DNA from: an uncultured Desulfarculus sp.
GTDB taxonomy: Bacteria > Desulfobacterota > Desulfarculia > Desulfarculales > Desulfarculaceae
Direction of reading: 5' to 3'
NCBI GenBank assembly: GCA_963665125.2
Contig: CAXXUK010000001.1
Span: forward strand, 3,168,001 to 3,232,000
Length of the DNA: 64,000 nucleotides
The notes under the pieces are model-generated. The model was not told the DNA's origin and ran no database searches. It worked only from the letters and a program-made list of their open reading frames with translations. Shown here piece by piece: positions 10,345 to 19,742 of the stretch (positions are counted from its first letter, which is position 1; each line of letters begins with the position of its first letter). The position numbers were made by a program, and so were the translations under genes.

Positions 10345-10515
10345 ACATACTGGATTGGTGCTCGAAAGAGCCTAACAGGGAAGGTGGTGCGAATCCACCG
10401 CGGTCCCGCCGCTGTAACCGGGGACGAAAGCCGCAACAAAGCCACTGCTCGTTAATTGGGCGGGAAGGCGCGGCCGGTAGGAAGAACCGGAAGCCAGAAG
10501 ACCTGCCGATCCTGG
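10345..10515 (+). ncRNA. Cobalamin (B12) riboswitch aptamer
   Basis: Hallmark blocks in order: GGTGC, AACAGGGAA, GGTGCGAATCC, CCCGCCGCTGTAA, GCCACTG, GGGAAGG, and B12 box AGCCAGAAGACCTGCC; P1 ggattgg/ccgatcc. Confidence 0.95.
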
Positions 10516-10612
10516 ACGCTCGCATACCCGGCGCAGGACCGGGGCGGCAATTGCATGAAGCATTGCGGCTGGCGCGGGTGTCCGTGCTGGGGCGGTGAAG
10601 CAAGTAGGGTGC

Positions 10613-10648
10613 AATCCCCCAGTCCCTTCGAGGGACGGGGGTTTTTTT
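10613..10648 (+). terminator. Intrinsic terminator (riboswitch expression platform)
   Basis: ccccc-a-gtccct-tcg-agggac-ggggg followed by T7. Confidence 0.85.
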
Positions 10649-10738
10649 GTGCGACAAAGCCCGCGTCTAATCGAGGGGGCCACTCCTTCCCCCCTGCCAT
10701 TGGGAGCGCGGGCCTGCTCCCGCAGGGAACCAAGCCAA

Positions 10739-10781
10739 GGCGGAAGGGACCAACGCCGACGGTCCCTTCCGCCGTCCTTTT
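10739..10781. terminator. Strong hairpin, possibly bidirectional terminator
   Basis: Perfect 13-bp stem ggcggaagggacc / ggtcccttccgcc, lying between the riboswitch read-through and the end of the SRAP gene. Confidence 0.7.
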
Positions 10782-10792
10782 CGACGAATCAG

Positions 10793-11479
10793 CTAAAAAA
10801 GTGAGCCTTGCTCCGAATCGGGCTCCAGGATTTCCGGACCGTCGTTGGCGGCCAAGTTGACCCGGCGGCTCACCGGGCGGGAGGTCATTCGCCCCTGGGG
10901 ATAAGGAGAGACAATACCGGGAAGGTCCGCCGGTTGGAGCGCCGAGGGCCCCAGCCATTTTTCCAGGGCCGCTTCACCCAGGATCACCGGCATGCGCTCG
11001 TGGATGCGGCCCACCAGTTCATTGGCTTTGGTGGTGACGATTGTAAAGCTGATCAGTGCCCGGCCCTGGGGGCCGCGCCAAGCATCCCAAAGCCCGGCAA
11101 GGGCCAGGTTTCGACCGCCTGTCCGTTCGAACAAATATGGCTGTTTGCCGCCGGGGGCGTCCTTGTGCCATTCAAAAAAACCGTCTACCGGGATCACGCA
11201 GCGCTTCTGTTTGATCAAGTTCTTGAAGGCCGGTTTTTGGGCCAGGGTCTCGGCCCGGGCGTTGATCATCTTGTAGCCGATATTTGGATCGGCGGCCCAG
11301 GAAGGAACCAGGCCCCAGCGCGGCAACATGCCCCGGCGGACATCGCCGGCCAGTACGGCCAAGGCCTCCCGTCCCGGCGCGACATTATAGCTGGGTCCGT
11401 AATCCAGGTCTTCGGCCAAAAAGCCGAACTCGTCCTGTAATTGGCTCAGAGGTGTTTTCTGGACAAACCTGCCGCACAT
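10793..11479 (-). CDS. SOS response-associated peptidase (SRAP/YedK/HMCES family)
   Basis: Begins MCGRF at 11479; YNVAP, WGLVP.W, INARAET, GFFEW, IHERMPVIL. Confidence 0.95.
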   Translation of the reverse strand: MCGRFVQKTPLSQLQDEFGFLAEDLDYGPSYNVAPGREALAVLAGDVRRGMLPRWGLVPSWAADPNIGYKMINARAETLAQKPAFKNLIKQKRCVIPVDGFFEWHKDAPGGKQPYLFERTGGRNLALAGLWDAWRGPQGRALISFTIVTTKANELVGRIHERMPVILGEAALEKWLGPSALQPADLPGIVSPYPQGRMTSRPVSRRVNLAANDGPEILEPDSEQGSLF

Positions 11480-12207
11480 CACGCACCATAGCCGGCGGCC
11501 GCCTCGTCGATGATCCACACCGGTTCGCGGGAGGGCCGGACCAGGGCGGCCGGGCATTGGGGATCGCCTTCCCTGGCCCGGTTCAGGGCATCGTGTTTTT
11601 GAGCCCCGGTGACCAGGAATATTACATTGCGGGCGGCGTTGATCACCGGCAGGGTCAGGGTGATGCGGTCCACGCTTGGTTCAACGCCATCGGGGGGATG
11701 AACGCCCACCACCCAACGGCTGGCCTCGTGCAGGGCCGGATCGCCGGGGAACAGGCTGGCGACATGGCCGTCGGCCCCCATGCCCAGAAGCACCAAGTCG
11801 AACATCGGCGGGCCTTCGCCATGATGGTCAAAGTGCTCCCGCAGCAATTGTTCATAAGCCCTGGCCCCTTCGACAGGCCCCAGTTTGCCGTTGATGGGAT
11901 GAATGTTTTCCCTGGGCAACTCCGACGGGACGCCCAGGGTGCGCAGGGCCTCTCCGGCGTTGCTGGCCGGATGTTCCAGGGCCACGCACCGTTCATCGCC
12001 CCAGAACAGGTGCAACTTGTCCCACGGCACCTCGGAGGACAAACCAAATCCGTTCAGGGCCTGATAGGCCCCAAGAGGCGTGCGCCCACCCGATAAAACC
12101 ATGCGGCAGACGCCCTTGTTGCGCACGACGGTATTGACGACCTGGGATATGCGCGAGGCGGCCACCCGGGCCACGGCTTCGGCATTGGCGAATACCCACT
12201 CACCCAC
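11479..12207 (-). CDS. pgl: 6-phosphogluconolactonase
   Basis: LSGGRTP, FWGDER.V, SN, LLGMGADGHVASLFP, RITLTLP; GTG at 12207 just after the zwf stop. Confidence 0.93.
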   Translation of the reverse strand: MGEWVFANAEAVARVAASRISQVVNTVVRNKGVCRMVLSGGRTPLGAYQALNGFGLSSEVPWDKLHLFWGDERCVALEHPASNAGEALRTLGVPSELPRENIHPINGKLGPVEGARAYEQLLREHFDHHGEGPPMFDLVLLGMGADGHVASLFPGDPALHEASRWVVGVHPPDGVEPSVDRITLTLPVINAARNVIFLVTGAQKHDALNRAREGDPQCPAALVRPSREPVWIIDEAAAGYGA

Positions 12208-12209
12208 GG

Positions 12210-13769
12210 CTAACGGGCCCCGCCTTGCCCGGACAACAGCGGAGAGAACGCCTCCGCCCCGGCAGGACCCCATGATCCGGCGGCATATGGCCTGAGCCGG
12301 CGGTCCCTTTCAGAGCATGTCTCGCAGGCCCGGAGCACCGGGTCCAACCACTGCCAGCAAAGCTCCACGCCGTCTTGGCGCCAAAACAGCATCTGGTCTC
12401 CGGTCATGGCGTCCATCAACACCTTTTCATAGGCATCGTGGGCCAAAACGGCTCCGGCTTGAAAATCAAAACCCATGTCCACCGTGCGCAGACACAGCTT
12501 GGGTCCGGCCGTCTTGGTTTGCAGACTCAAGGTGATTATTTCCTCCGGCTGGATGCCCAAGGTCAGGCGGTTGCTGGTGATGTGCTCACCCAGCACGTCT
12601 CGGAACAGCGAATGGGGCACCTCCTTAAACTGAATCTCAATGCTGGTCAGCTTGCGGGCCATGCGCTTGCCCGAGCAGATGTAAAACGGCACGCCCTGCC
12701 AGCGCCAGTTGTCCACGAAGACCCTCATGGCCGCGAACGTCGGCGTAAGCGAACGGGCGTCCACGCCAGGCTCGTCGCGGTAGGCCGGGACATCCCGGTC
12801 CTTGATCCGCCCTGCCTGATACTGGCCCAGGACCATGAACGAATCAAGCTCCTCGGAGGGCAGGGGCCGCAGGCAACGGAACAGCTTGACCCGCTCGTCT
12901 CGGACCCGGTCGGCCTCCAGCGACGGCGGCGCCTCGGCGGCCACCAGGGCCAACAACTGCATCATGTGATTCTGGAACATGTCCCTGAGCACGCCGGCCT
13001 TTTCATAGTAACCGGCCCGGTGCTCGACTCCCAGGGTCTCGGCGGCGGTGATGGACACGAAATCGATATACTTGCGGTCCCACAAGGGCTCGAACACGGC
13101 GTTGGCGAACCGGAACAGCATCAGGTTTTGCACCGTGTCCTTGGCCAGATAATGGTCGATGCGAAAGACCTGTGATTCCTCGAACCCCTGACTCAGGGCC
13201 TCGTTGAGCAGACGGGCCGAATGCAGGTCGCTGCCGAATGGCTTTTCCACCACCAGGCGGACCCAGCCCCGGCCGTATTCATTCTGGCGGCTCATGCCCG
13301 CGGCGGCGATGGAGGCGGCCACGGTCTCATAGAGGGTTGGCGGAATGGCCAGGTTGAACAGGCGGTTGCCGCAGGAGCCGATGGTCTTGTCTATCTCGGC
13401 CAGGCGGCGGTCCAGGGCCCGGAACGTCTCGGGCTGGTCATAGGTGACCGGCTGATAATAAAGCCGCTCGGCGAATTCGGGCCAGCGGTCGGCGGGCATG
13501 CCAGCCTCGGTCACCGCTTCGAGCATCAGTTCCCGGAATTTGGCGTCGTCATAGGGCGTGCGGGCGCAGCCGACCACGGCGAACTTCCCGTCCAGGCCGT
13601 GGTGACAAAACAGATCATATAGCGAAGGCAGCAGCTTGCGGCGGCACAGATCGCCGGAAGCGCCGAAGATGGTGATGATGCAGGGATCGGGAGCGCTCTC
13701 GAAATGGCAGCCCACCACCCGGCCGTTTTCCCCACCCAATTGGTTTATCGTCGCCTCGTCCACGCTCAC
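12210..13769 (-). CDS. zwf: Glucose-6-phosphate 1-dehydrogenase
   Basis: FGASGDL, VEKPFG, RIDHYLAK, RDMFQNH, NWRWQGVPF. Confidence 0.97.
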   Translation of the reverse strand: MSVDEATINQLGGENGRVVGCHFESAPDPCIITIFGASGDLCRRKLLPSLYDLFCHHGLDGKFAVVGCARTPYDDAKFRELMLEAVTEAGMPADRWPEFAERLYYQPVTYDQPETFRALDRRLAEIDKTIGSCGNRLFNLAIPPTLYETVAASIAAAGMSRQNEYGRGWVRLVVEKPFGSDLHSARLLNEALSQGFEESQVFRIDHYLAKDTVQNLMLFRFANAVFEPLWDRKYIDFVSITAAETLGVEHRAGYYEKAGVLRDMFQNHMMQLLALVAAEAPPSLEADRVRDERVKLFRCLRPLPSEELDSFMVLGQYQAGRIKDRDVPAYRDEPGVDARSLTPTFAAMRVFVDNWRWQGVPFYICSGKRMARKLTSIEIQFKEVPHSLFRDVLGEHITSNRLTLGIQPEEIITLSLQTKTAGPKLCLRTVDMGFDFQAGAVLAHDAYEKVLMDAMTGDQMLFWRQDGVELCWQWLDPVLRACETCSERDRRLRPYAAGSWGPAGAEAFSPLLSGQGGAR

Positions 13770-13844
13770 TCCCGTTTGCCCGTGCTACGGCCGTGCTGAA
13801 AAAACGCGTTAGTATATTTTGTACATTCTGCCGCCCAAACACAA

Positions 13845-13869
13845 GGGGCGCGCCGCAATGGCACGCCCC
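13845..13869 (-). terminator. Terminator hairpin after tkt
   Basis: Minus strand ggggcgtgcc-attgc-ggcgcgcccc followed by ttgtgttt. Confidence 0.65.
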
Positions 13870-13892
13870 AGGTGGTTTGTTTTACGTTTTTC

Positions 13893-15896
13893 CTACTTGA
13901 GCAAAGCCAAGGCCTTGGCCACCACGTTGTCCACGGTGAAGCCCAGCTTGGCCTGGATCGTGCCGCCGGGGGCCGAAGCGCCGAAGCGGTCGATGCCGAT
14001 GATGGCGCCGGAGTCGCCGGTGTAGCGTTCCCAGCCCAGGCTGGCGCCCATCTCCACGGCCAGGCGGGCCTTTACGGCGGGCGGTAGAACCGCGTCGCGG
14101 TAGGCCTTGTCCTGTTCGGCGAACAGCTCCCAGGACGGCAGGGACACCACCCTGGCGGCCACTCCCTGTTTGGCCAGTTCCTCTTGGGCGGCCAGGCACA
14201 GGCTGACCTCCGAACCGCTGGCAATAAGGATCAGCCCCGGCTCGCCCTGGCAGTCGCTGATCACGTAACCGCCCTTGGCCACGCCCTCGACCGTGCCGTA
14301 CTTGGCCGCGTCGAGGATGGGCAGCTTCTGGCGGGTCAGCACCAGACAGGTGGGCCCGCCGCGCTCCAGGGCCTGTTTCCAGGCGCCCAGGGTCTCGCCG
14401 TAGTCGGCCGGGCGGATCACCCTCAGGCCGGGCATGACCCGCAGGCTCATCAACTGCTCCACGGGCTGGTGGGTGGGGCCGTCCTCGCCCACGCCCACGC
14501 TGTCATGGGTGAAAACCCACACGGCGTGGCATTTTTGCAGGGCGGCCAGGCGCAGGGCCGGGCGGCAGAAGTCGCTGAATACAAAGAATGTGGCGCCGTA
14601 GGGGATAACCCCGCCGTGCAGGGCCATGCCGTTGACGATGGCGCTCATGCCCAGCTCGCGCACGCCGAAGTGGATGTTTCGGCCCGCAGGAGGCTGGCCG
14701 GGGCGCATGTCGCCCGAGCCGTCGATGATGGTCTTGGTGCTGGGAGCCAGGTCGGCCGAGCCGCCCACCAGGTTCAGGACCTTCTTGGCGATGCCGTTGA
14801 GGACCTTGCCGCTGGCGGCCCTGGTGGCGATGGAGCCGTCGGCCGGGCCCAGTTTCGGGGCCTCGGATGCGTAATCGGCAGGCAGGCGCCCGGCGATCTG
14901 GTCATCGAACTGGGCGGCCAACGCCGGAGCGGCCTGGCGGAATTTATCCATGGCCACCTGCCAGCGGGTTTGCTCCTTTTCGCCCATGATCAGGCTCTGG
15001 CGCAGGTAGTCGGTGACATCTTCCGAAACGGCGAAAGGTTCCTCGGGCCAGCCCAGTTTCTGGCGGGTGGCGGCCATGGCCTCGGCCCCCAGGGGCTCGC
15101 CGTGGGCGCTGGACATGTCCTGCTTGGGGCTGCCATAGCCGATGTGGGTGCGCACGGCGATGATGCTGGGCTTGTCGGTGACGGCCTTGGCCGCCTCGAT
15201 GGCCCCCGCGATGGCCTCGGTGTCTTCGCCGTCGGCCACCTTCTGAGTGTGCCAGCCGTAGGCCTCGAAACGCTTCATGGCGTCTTCGGTAAAGGCCAGG
15301 TCCGTGCCGCCCTCGATGGATATTTCGTTATCATCGTAAAGATAGATCAGCTTGCCCAGGCCCATGGTGCCGGCCAGGCTGGCGGCCTCGGCGGCCACGC
15401 CTTCCATGAGGTCGCCGTCGCTGACGATGCCATAGGTGTAGTGGTCGACGACCTTGCGGTCATTGCTGTTGAATTGCCCGGCCAGAAAACGCTCGGCCAT
15501 GGCCATACCCACACCCATGGAAAGGCCCATGCCCAGGGGGCCGGTGGTGCATTCCACGCCGGGCGTGTCGCCGTATTCCGGGTGGCCCGGCGTCTTGGAG
15601 CCCCACTGGCGGAAGTTCTTCAACTCGCTCATGGGCAGGTTGTAGCCGTGCAGATGCAACAGGGCATAGAGCAGGGCCGAACCATGGCCGGCCGACAACA
15701 CGAAACGGTCGCGGTCGGGCCACTTGGGATCAACCGGATTGTGCTTTAAAAAGCGGGTCCACAGCACATGGGCCATGGTCGCCGCGCCCATGGGCATGCC
15801 GGGGTGGCCGCTGTTGGCCTTTTCGACCATGTCCGCCGCGAGCATGCGGATAGTGTTGATGGCCTTGTTGTCCAGTTGACTGTCTACCTTGAACAT
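13893..15896 (-). CDS. tkt: Transketolase
   Basis: [51 protein letters not shown] at 15896. Confidence 0.97.
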   Translation of the reverse strand: MFKVDSQLDNKAINTIRMLAADMVEKANSGHPGMPMGAATMAHVLWTRFLKHNPVDPKWPDRDRFVLSAGHGSALLYALLHLHGYNLPMSELKNFRQWGSKTPGHPEYGDTPGVECTTGPLGMGLSMGVGMAMAERFLAGQFNSNDRKVVDHYTYGIVSDGDLMEGVAAEAASLAGTMGLGKLIYLYDDNEISIEGGTDLAFTEDAMKRFEAYGWHTQKVADGEDTEAIAGAIEAAKAVTDKPSIIAVRTHIGYGSPKQDMSSAHGEPLGAEAMAATRQKLGWPEEPFAVSEDVTDYLRQSLIMGEKEQTRWQVAMDKFRQAAPALAAQFDDQIAGRLPADYASEAPKLGPADGSIATRAASGKVLNGIAKKVLNLVGGSADLAPSTKTIIDGSGDMRPGQPPAGRNIHFGVRELGMSAIVNGMALHGGVIPYGATFFVFSDFCRPALRLAALQKCHAVWVFTHDSVGVGEDGPTHQPVEQLMSLRVMPGLRVIRPADYGETLGAWKQALERGGPTCLVLTRQKLPILDAAKYGTVEGVAKGGYVISDCQGEPGLILIASGSEVSLCLAAQEELAKQGVAARVVSLPSWELFAEQDKAYRDAVLPPAVKARLAVEMGASLGWERYTGDSGAIIGIDRFGASAPGGTIQAKLGFTVDNVVAKALALLK

Positions 15897-16150
15897 CTCT
15901 ATTTCCCTTGTCGGGTTCATAAAAAAGGCCGGCCCTCTTGACCGATGGTTGTTGATGCGTTTGACAAAAAACCCAGGGGCTGGGCCCAGATTTTGCCTGC
16001 TATAACCTACCCGGTTTTGAAATTTTCGCAAAGGGGCATTTGGAGCGGCAGGGGGATTTTCTTGTTCCGCTTAACAAGGCGGGGCCGCACCATTGGTACG
16101 GCCCGCTATTAATATTAGAAGGTTAGGCTGAAATCATGGCCGTTTACAGG

Positions 16151-16339
16151 TTATTCCAACGTGCACTTGGTGAAATCAATCTGGGTGCCGCAATTGCTGC
16201 ACTTGCGGGGCTTGTCAAACTCGTCGGAGAAGATTTCGTTCTCATGACCGCACTTGGGGCACTTGCAGGCGAAAACCTTGAGGTCCTTGTGGGCCTCGAA
16301 ACCGGGGCAATGCTTGGGGGTGGTCAGTTCATCAGCCAC
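16151..16339 (-). CDS. Small Cys-rich zinc-ribbon-like protein (62 aa)
   Basis: GTG after AGGAG; HCPG..CKCPKCG..EIFSDE..CSNCG..C. Confidence 0.8.
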   Translation of the reverse strand: MADELTTPKHCPGFEAHKDLKVFACKCPKCGHENEIFSDEFDKPRKCSNCGTQIDFTKCTLE

Positions 16340-16563
16340 AGTATTCTCCTTTGTTGGGTTTAACGTCCGTGGCCGCCGATCCGCGGGCGGACATGACAAA
16401 TCCATTAACTACTTTGATTGTGCATTGCCTCTTTGCCAAGGTCAAGGACAAGTCCCATCGGCCTACCGGTCAATACCGTCCTTGCATGTTTGCCTCGTTT
16501 GGTGTAGGAAAAACTGCCCCTGGTGTAAGCGCCGGGTCAATTTCGTATTTTCGGAGGTTCTTC

Positions 16564-17916
16564 ATGGCCGTTGTCGCGCCCTTTCGGGCTCTAAGATACA
16601 ACCTCGACAAAATCGCCGGCATGGACAAAGTCGTCACGCCGCCATATGACGTGATCAATGCCAAACAGCAGGACGGTTTTTACAATTCCGAGCCCCACAA
16701 CATAATCCGCCTGGAGCTCAACCGCAAACGGGACACCGACAACAGCACGGACAACCGTTACACCAGGGCCACCGCCCACCTGCAAAACTGGATGGAAAGC
16801 GGCGTACTGGCCCGGGACGACCAGCCCGCGTTTTATGTTTCAGAGACCTATTACAAGGACTCCGACGGCACCCCCAAGGTACGCCGGGGCTACTTCACCC
16901 TGCTGAGGGTGGAAGAATTCGAAAAGGGCGTGGTTCTTCCCCACGAAAAAACCTTTTCCGAGCACAAGGAAGACCGCCTGGCCCTGATCAAGCAGTGCCG
17001 CACCAACATCAGCCCCATCTTCGCCCTGTTCCCCGACGACGGCAACGAGGTGATGGCCGCCCTGGAAACCGGCATGAGTTCCGAGCCGGATTACGACTTC
17101 AACGATCCCATGGGCCTGCGGCAAAAACTTTATGCGGTGACCGACGCGAGCGCCTGCTGCCAGGTGGCAAAGCTGATGGCCGACAAGGTGGTCTTCATCG
17201 CCGACGGCCACCACCGCTACGAGACGGCTCTGAACTACCGCAACCACATGCGCCAGCAGTATCCCGATGCCGGGCCCAACGCGGCCTTTGAATACGTCAT
17301 GGTCTACCTGTGCTCCATGAGCGATCCGGGCCTGACCGTTTTCGCCTGTCACCGGGCCGTGCCCCAGCTGGGCGGATTCGCGGCCAGGGATTTCCTGCAC
17401 CTGGCCTCGGATTATTTCAACATCACCGAGTTCGCCGCCCCCGGTCAGCTCGGCGAAAAAAGCGCCGAATTCGTCGAGGCCCTGGAAAAGGCGGGCCAAC
17501 AGGCCCCCAGCATCGGCCTGGCCGCCCAGGACAGCGACAAGCTCTATATCCTCAGCCTCAAGGACGGGGCCATGGACGACGAAAGCGGACCGGATGTCCA
17601 AGGCCCCCTGGGCGACCTGGACGTGGCGGTGTTGACCCGCATGATTCTGGAAAAGCTGCTGGGCATGGACAACAACGCCCGGGATATGGCCCATTTGATC
17701 AGCTACAACTCGGATTTGGGGGACGTGCTCAGCCAGATCCAGAGCGGCGATTACCGGGTTGCCTTCCTGCTGAACCCCACCAAGGTCGAGCAGGTCAAGG
17801 CCGTGGCCGAGGCCGGGTTGATCATGCCCCGCAAGTCCACCTTCTTCTATCCCAAGGTGCTCACCGGCCTGACCATGAACCATATCGTGCCCGAAGAGCA
17901 GATCGACGTCTGCTAA
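16564..17916 (+). CDS. DUF1015 family protein
   Basis: PFRALRY, PPYDVI, PHEKT, IADGHHRYETA, MPRKSTFFYPK. Confidence 0.92.
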   Translation: MAVVAPFRALRYNLDKIAGMDKVVTPPYDVINAKQQDGFYNSEPHNIIRLELNRKRDTDNSTDNRYTRATAHLQNWMESGVLARDDQPAFYVSETYYKDSDGTPKVRRGYFTLLRVEEFEKGVVLPHEKTFSEHKEDRLALIKQCRTNISPIFALFPDDGNEVMAALETGMSSEPDYDFNDPMGLRQKLYAVTDASACCQVAKLMADKVVFIADGHHRYETALNYRNHMRQQYPDAGPNAAFEYVMVYLCSMSDPGLTVFACHRAVPQLGGFAARDFLHLASDYFNITEFAAPGQLGEKSAEFVEALEKAGQQAPSIGLAAQDSDKLYILSLKDGAMDDESGPDVQGPLGDLDVAVLTRMILEKLLGMDNNARDMAHLISYNSDLGDVLSQIQSGDYRVAFLLNPTKVEQVKAVAEAGLIMPRKSTFFYPKVLTGLTMNHIVPEEQIDVC

Positions 17917-17929
17917 AGACGAGGCGAAC

Positions 17930-18673
17930 ATGACCATCGACGGCGGCCAAATGCACGGCGAAGTAACCCGCGACGTGCTGGGCCGCCGCGCTTTTTGGCA
18001 GCCCGCCAAAGGCTACCGCTTCAATATCGACAGCGTGCTCCTGGCCGATTTCGCCACTCCCGCCGAGGGTCCGGTGGCCGATCTCTGCGCAGGGTGCGGC
18101 ATCGTGGGCCTGCTGCTGGCGGCGCGCGGCCTGCCGGGGCCGTTTCTGTCCGTGGAAATCGACGACCTGGCGGCAGAGTGCGCCCGCCGCAACTGGGATG
18201 AAACGGACTTGGAAGCCCAGGTACTTCACGGCGACCTCACCGTTGATCACCAACTGTTGCGACCCGGCGGTTTCAAGCTGGTGGTTTGCAATCCGCCGTA
18301 TGTGCAGCCCGGTCAGGGCCGGGTCTCGCCCATACGGGGCCGGGACGCCGCCCGCATTGGCCTGGCCCTGGAACCCGAGGCCTTGTGGGAGCGCGCCTCA
18401 AAGCTGCTGCGTGCCGGGGACCGCTTTGCCCTGAGCTGGCCGCCCATGCGCCTGGTGGAAGCGCTTTCCGGGCTGATGGCCCACCGGCTGACGCCCAAAC
18501 GCCTGCGCCTGGTGTACGGCCGGACCGATTATCCGGCCAAGATCGCCCTGATCGAGGCGGTAAAGGACGGCGGGGTTCAGCTTGATGTGGAGCCGCCGCT
18601 GATCGTGCGCGGCCCGGACCGGGAATACACCCAAGAAGTTAAAACGATCTACGAAGAGCTTGGTTTGTTCTGA
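17930..18673 (+). CDS. tRNA1(Val) A37 N6-methyltransferase-like (TrmN6/YfiC family)
   Basis: QP..GYRF.IDSVLLA.F, DLCAGCG, NPPY, PKRLRLV. Confidence 0.85.
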   Translation: MTIDGGQMHGEVTRDVLGRRAFWQPAKGYRFNIDSVLLADFATPAEGPVADLCAGCGIVGLLLAARGLPGPFLSVEIDDLAAECARRNWDETDLEAQVLHGDLTVDHQLLRPGGFKLVVCNPPYVQPGQGRVSPIRGRDAARIGLALEPEALWERASKLLRAGDRFALSWPPMRLVEALSGLMAHRLTPKRLRLVYGRTDYPAKIALIEAVKDGGVQLDVEPPLIVRGPDREYTQEVKTIYEELGLF

Positions 18674-19107
18674 AACTGCGCGGCCATGGCCTTTTCCAGG
18701 GCCTTGCGCACCTCGGGGTCGCGGACACCTTCAACCATTTGCTTTATAGTTGCTTCGTCGGCCTCGCTGAGCGGCTCGGGCGGGTCCGGGGGCGCCTGCG
18801 GCGGGGCCTGGGTCCGGGCGGCGATGAAGCGCAGGCCGCTGACCTGGAACCCCTGGCGTTCCAGGGCCGCCTTGAGGCGCGGGGCGGCCAAGGCCAGTTC
18901 CTGGCGAAAGGCCGAGCCGTTGACGGCCACCACCAGCGAGCCGTCGTCGTCCAGGCAGACCACCTTGACCCTGGGGGCCAACAGCGGACCCACCAGTTCG
19001 CGCCAGGCCGAGGCCAGGCCCGGCGGCGGCATCTTATGGGCCACCTTGCCCGGCAGAGCGTGGTCGATGACGTTGGTCACTCGTCTGGGGCGGTTGCGCC
19101 AGCCCAT
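18649..19107 (-). CDS. DUF721/DciA family protein
   Basis: W.ELVG..LA, L.VAV..SA..QEL pattern; ATG at 19107; 3' end overlaps the convergent methyltransferase. Confidence 0.75.
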   Translation of the reverse strand: MGWRNRPRRVTNVIDHALPGKVAHKMPPPGLASAWRELVGPLLAPRVKVVCLDDDGSLVVAVNGSAFRQELALAAPRLKAALERQGFQVSGLRFIAARTQAPPQAPPDPPEPLSEADEATIKQMVEGVRDPEVRKALEKAMAAQFQNKPSSS

Positions 19108-19114
19108 CAGCGCC

Positions 19115-19651
19115 TCACAGCCTGCCAAGTAGTTCGTGGGGCCGGGGCGTGTCGGCCGGATAGCGGCCATAGCGGGCCCAGCGGATTTTTTTGTCCGGGC
19201 CGATGACGAACGCCGCCGGTAGCTGGGTCTCCCGGCCCTCGAAGGTGCCGTGTTTGAAACCCTGGCCAAAGGCCCGAAACAGGCGGCCCAGGCCCATTGG
19301 GTTGATATAGCTGAGAAAGCCGCCAGCCTCCACGCCGTACATGGTATAGAGGCGCTGTTTGGGGTCGCAGATTATGGTAATGGGCCAGTCTACGATGCTG
19401 GTCTGGGCCTTGACGCTTTCGGACGTGCTTTGCAGCACCACCATGACCGAGGCGTCTTTTTCGGCGAATGACGGCTGGGCGGTCTTCAACTCGGCCAGGT
19501 CCAAACGGCAGATTGGGCAACCCACATAGCGCAGAAAAACCAATACCGCCCCGCCGGGGGCGATGGACTTGGCAAAGCTCAAACCGCTTTGCCACGGCGT
19601 GCTGAAGGTAAATTCCGGGGCGCTGTCACCCTGGCTCAAGCGCTTGGCCAT
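19115..19651 (-). CDS. Peroxiredoxin-like AhpC/TSA family protein
   Basis: GDSAPEF, LVFLRYVGCPIC, ICDP...LY..YG, QLPA.FVI. Confidence 0.85.
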   Translation of the reverse strand: MAKRLSQGDSAPEFTFSTPWQSGLSFAKSIAPGGAVLVFLRYVGCPICRLDLAELKTAQPSFAEKDASVMVVLQSTSESVKAQTSIVDWPITIICDPKQRLYTMYGVEAGGFLSYINPMGLGRLFRAFGQGFKHGTFEGRETQLPAAFVIGPDKKIRWARYGRYPADTPRPHELLGRL

Positions 19652-19742
19652 CTCGTACTCCGTTGGTCAAGTGAACATGGCCCGGCCCCCAAGGCAAGAC
19701 CATGCATCGGCAAGGGGCCTGGCTGATGGTATCATACGGTTC

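Noticed and set aside
10386..10400. GGTGCGAATCC resembling a tRNA T-arm
   Set aside because: It is the T-loop element of the cobalamin aptamer; no cloverleaf surrounds it
10343..10958. Several short ORFs overlapping the riboswitch (10456-10860 +, 10595-10804 +, 10452-10958 -)
   Set aside because: They run through the aptamer and terminator hairpins, lack a clear RBS and show no recognisable protein motifs
14184..15749. 521-aa plus-strand ORF
   Set aside because: Antisense shadow of transketolase, typical of GC-rich codon usage
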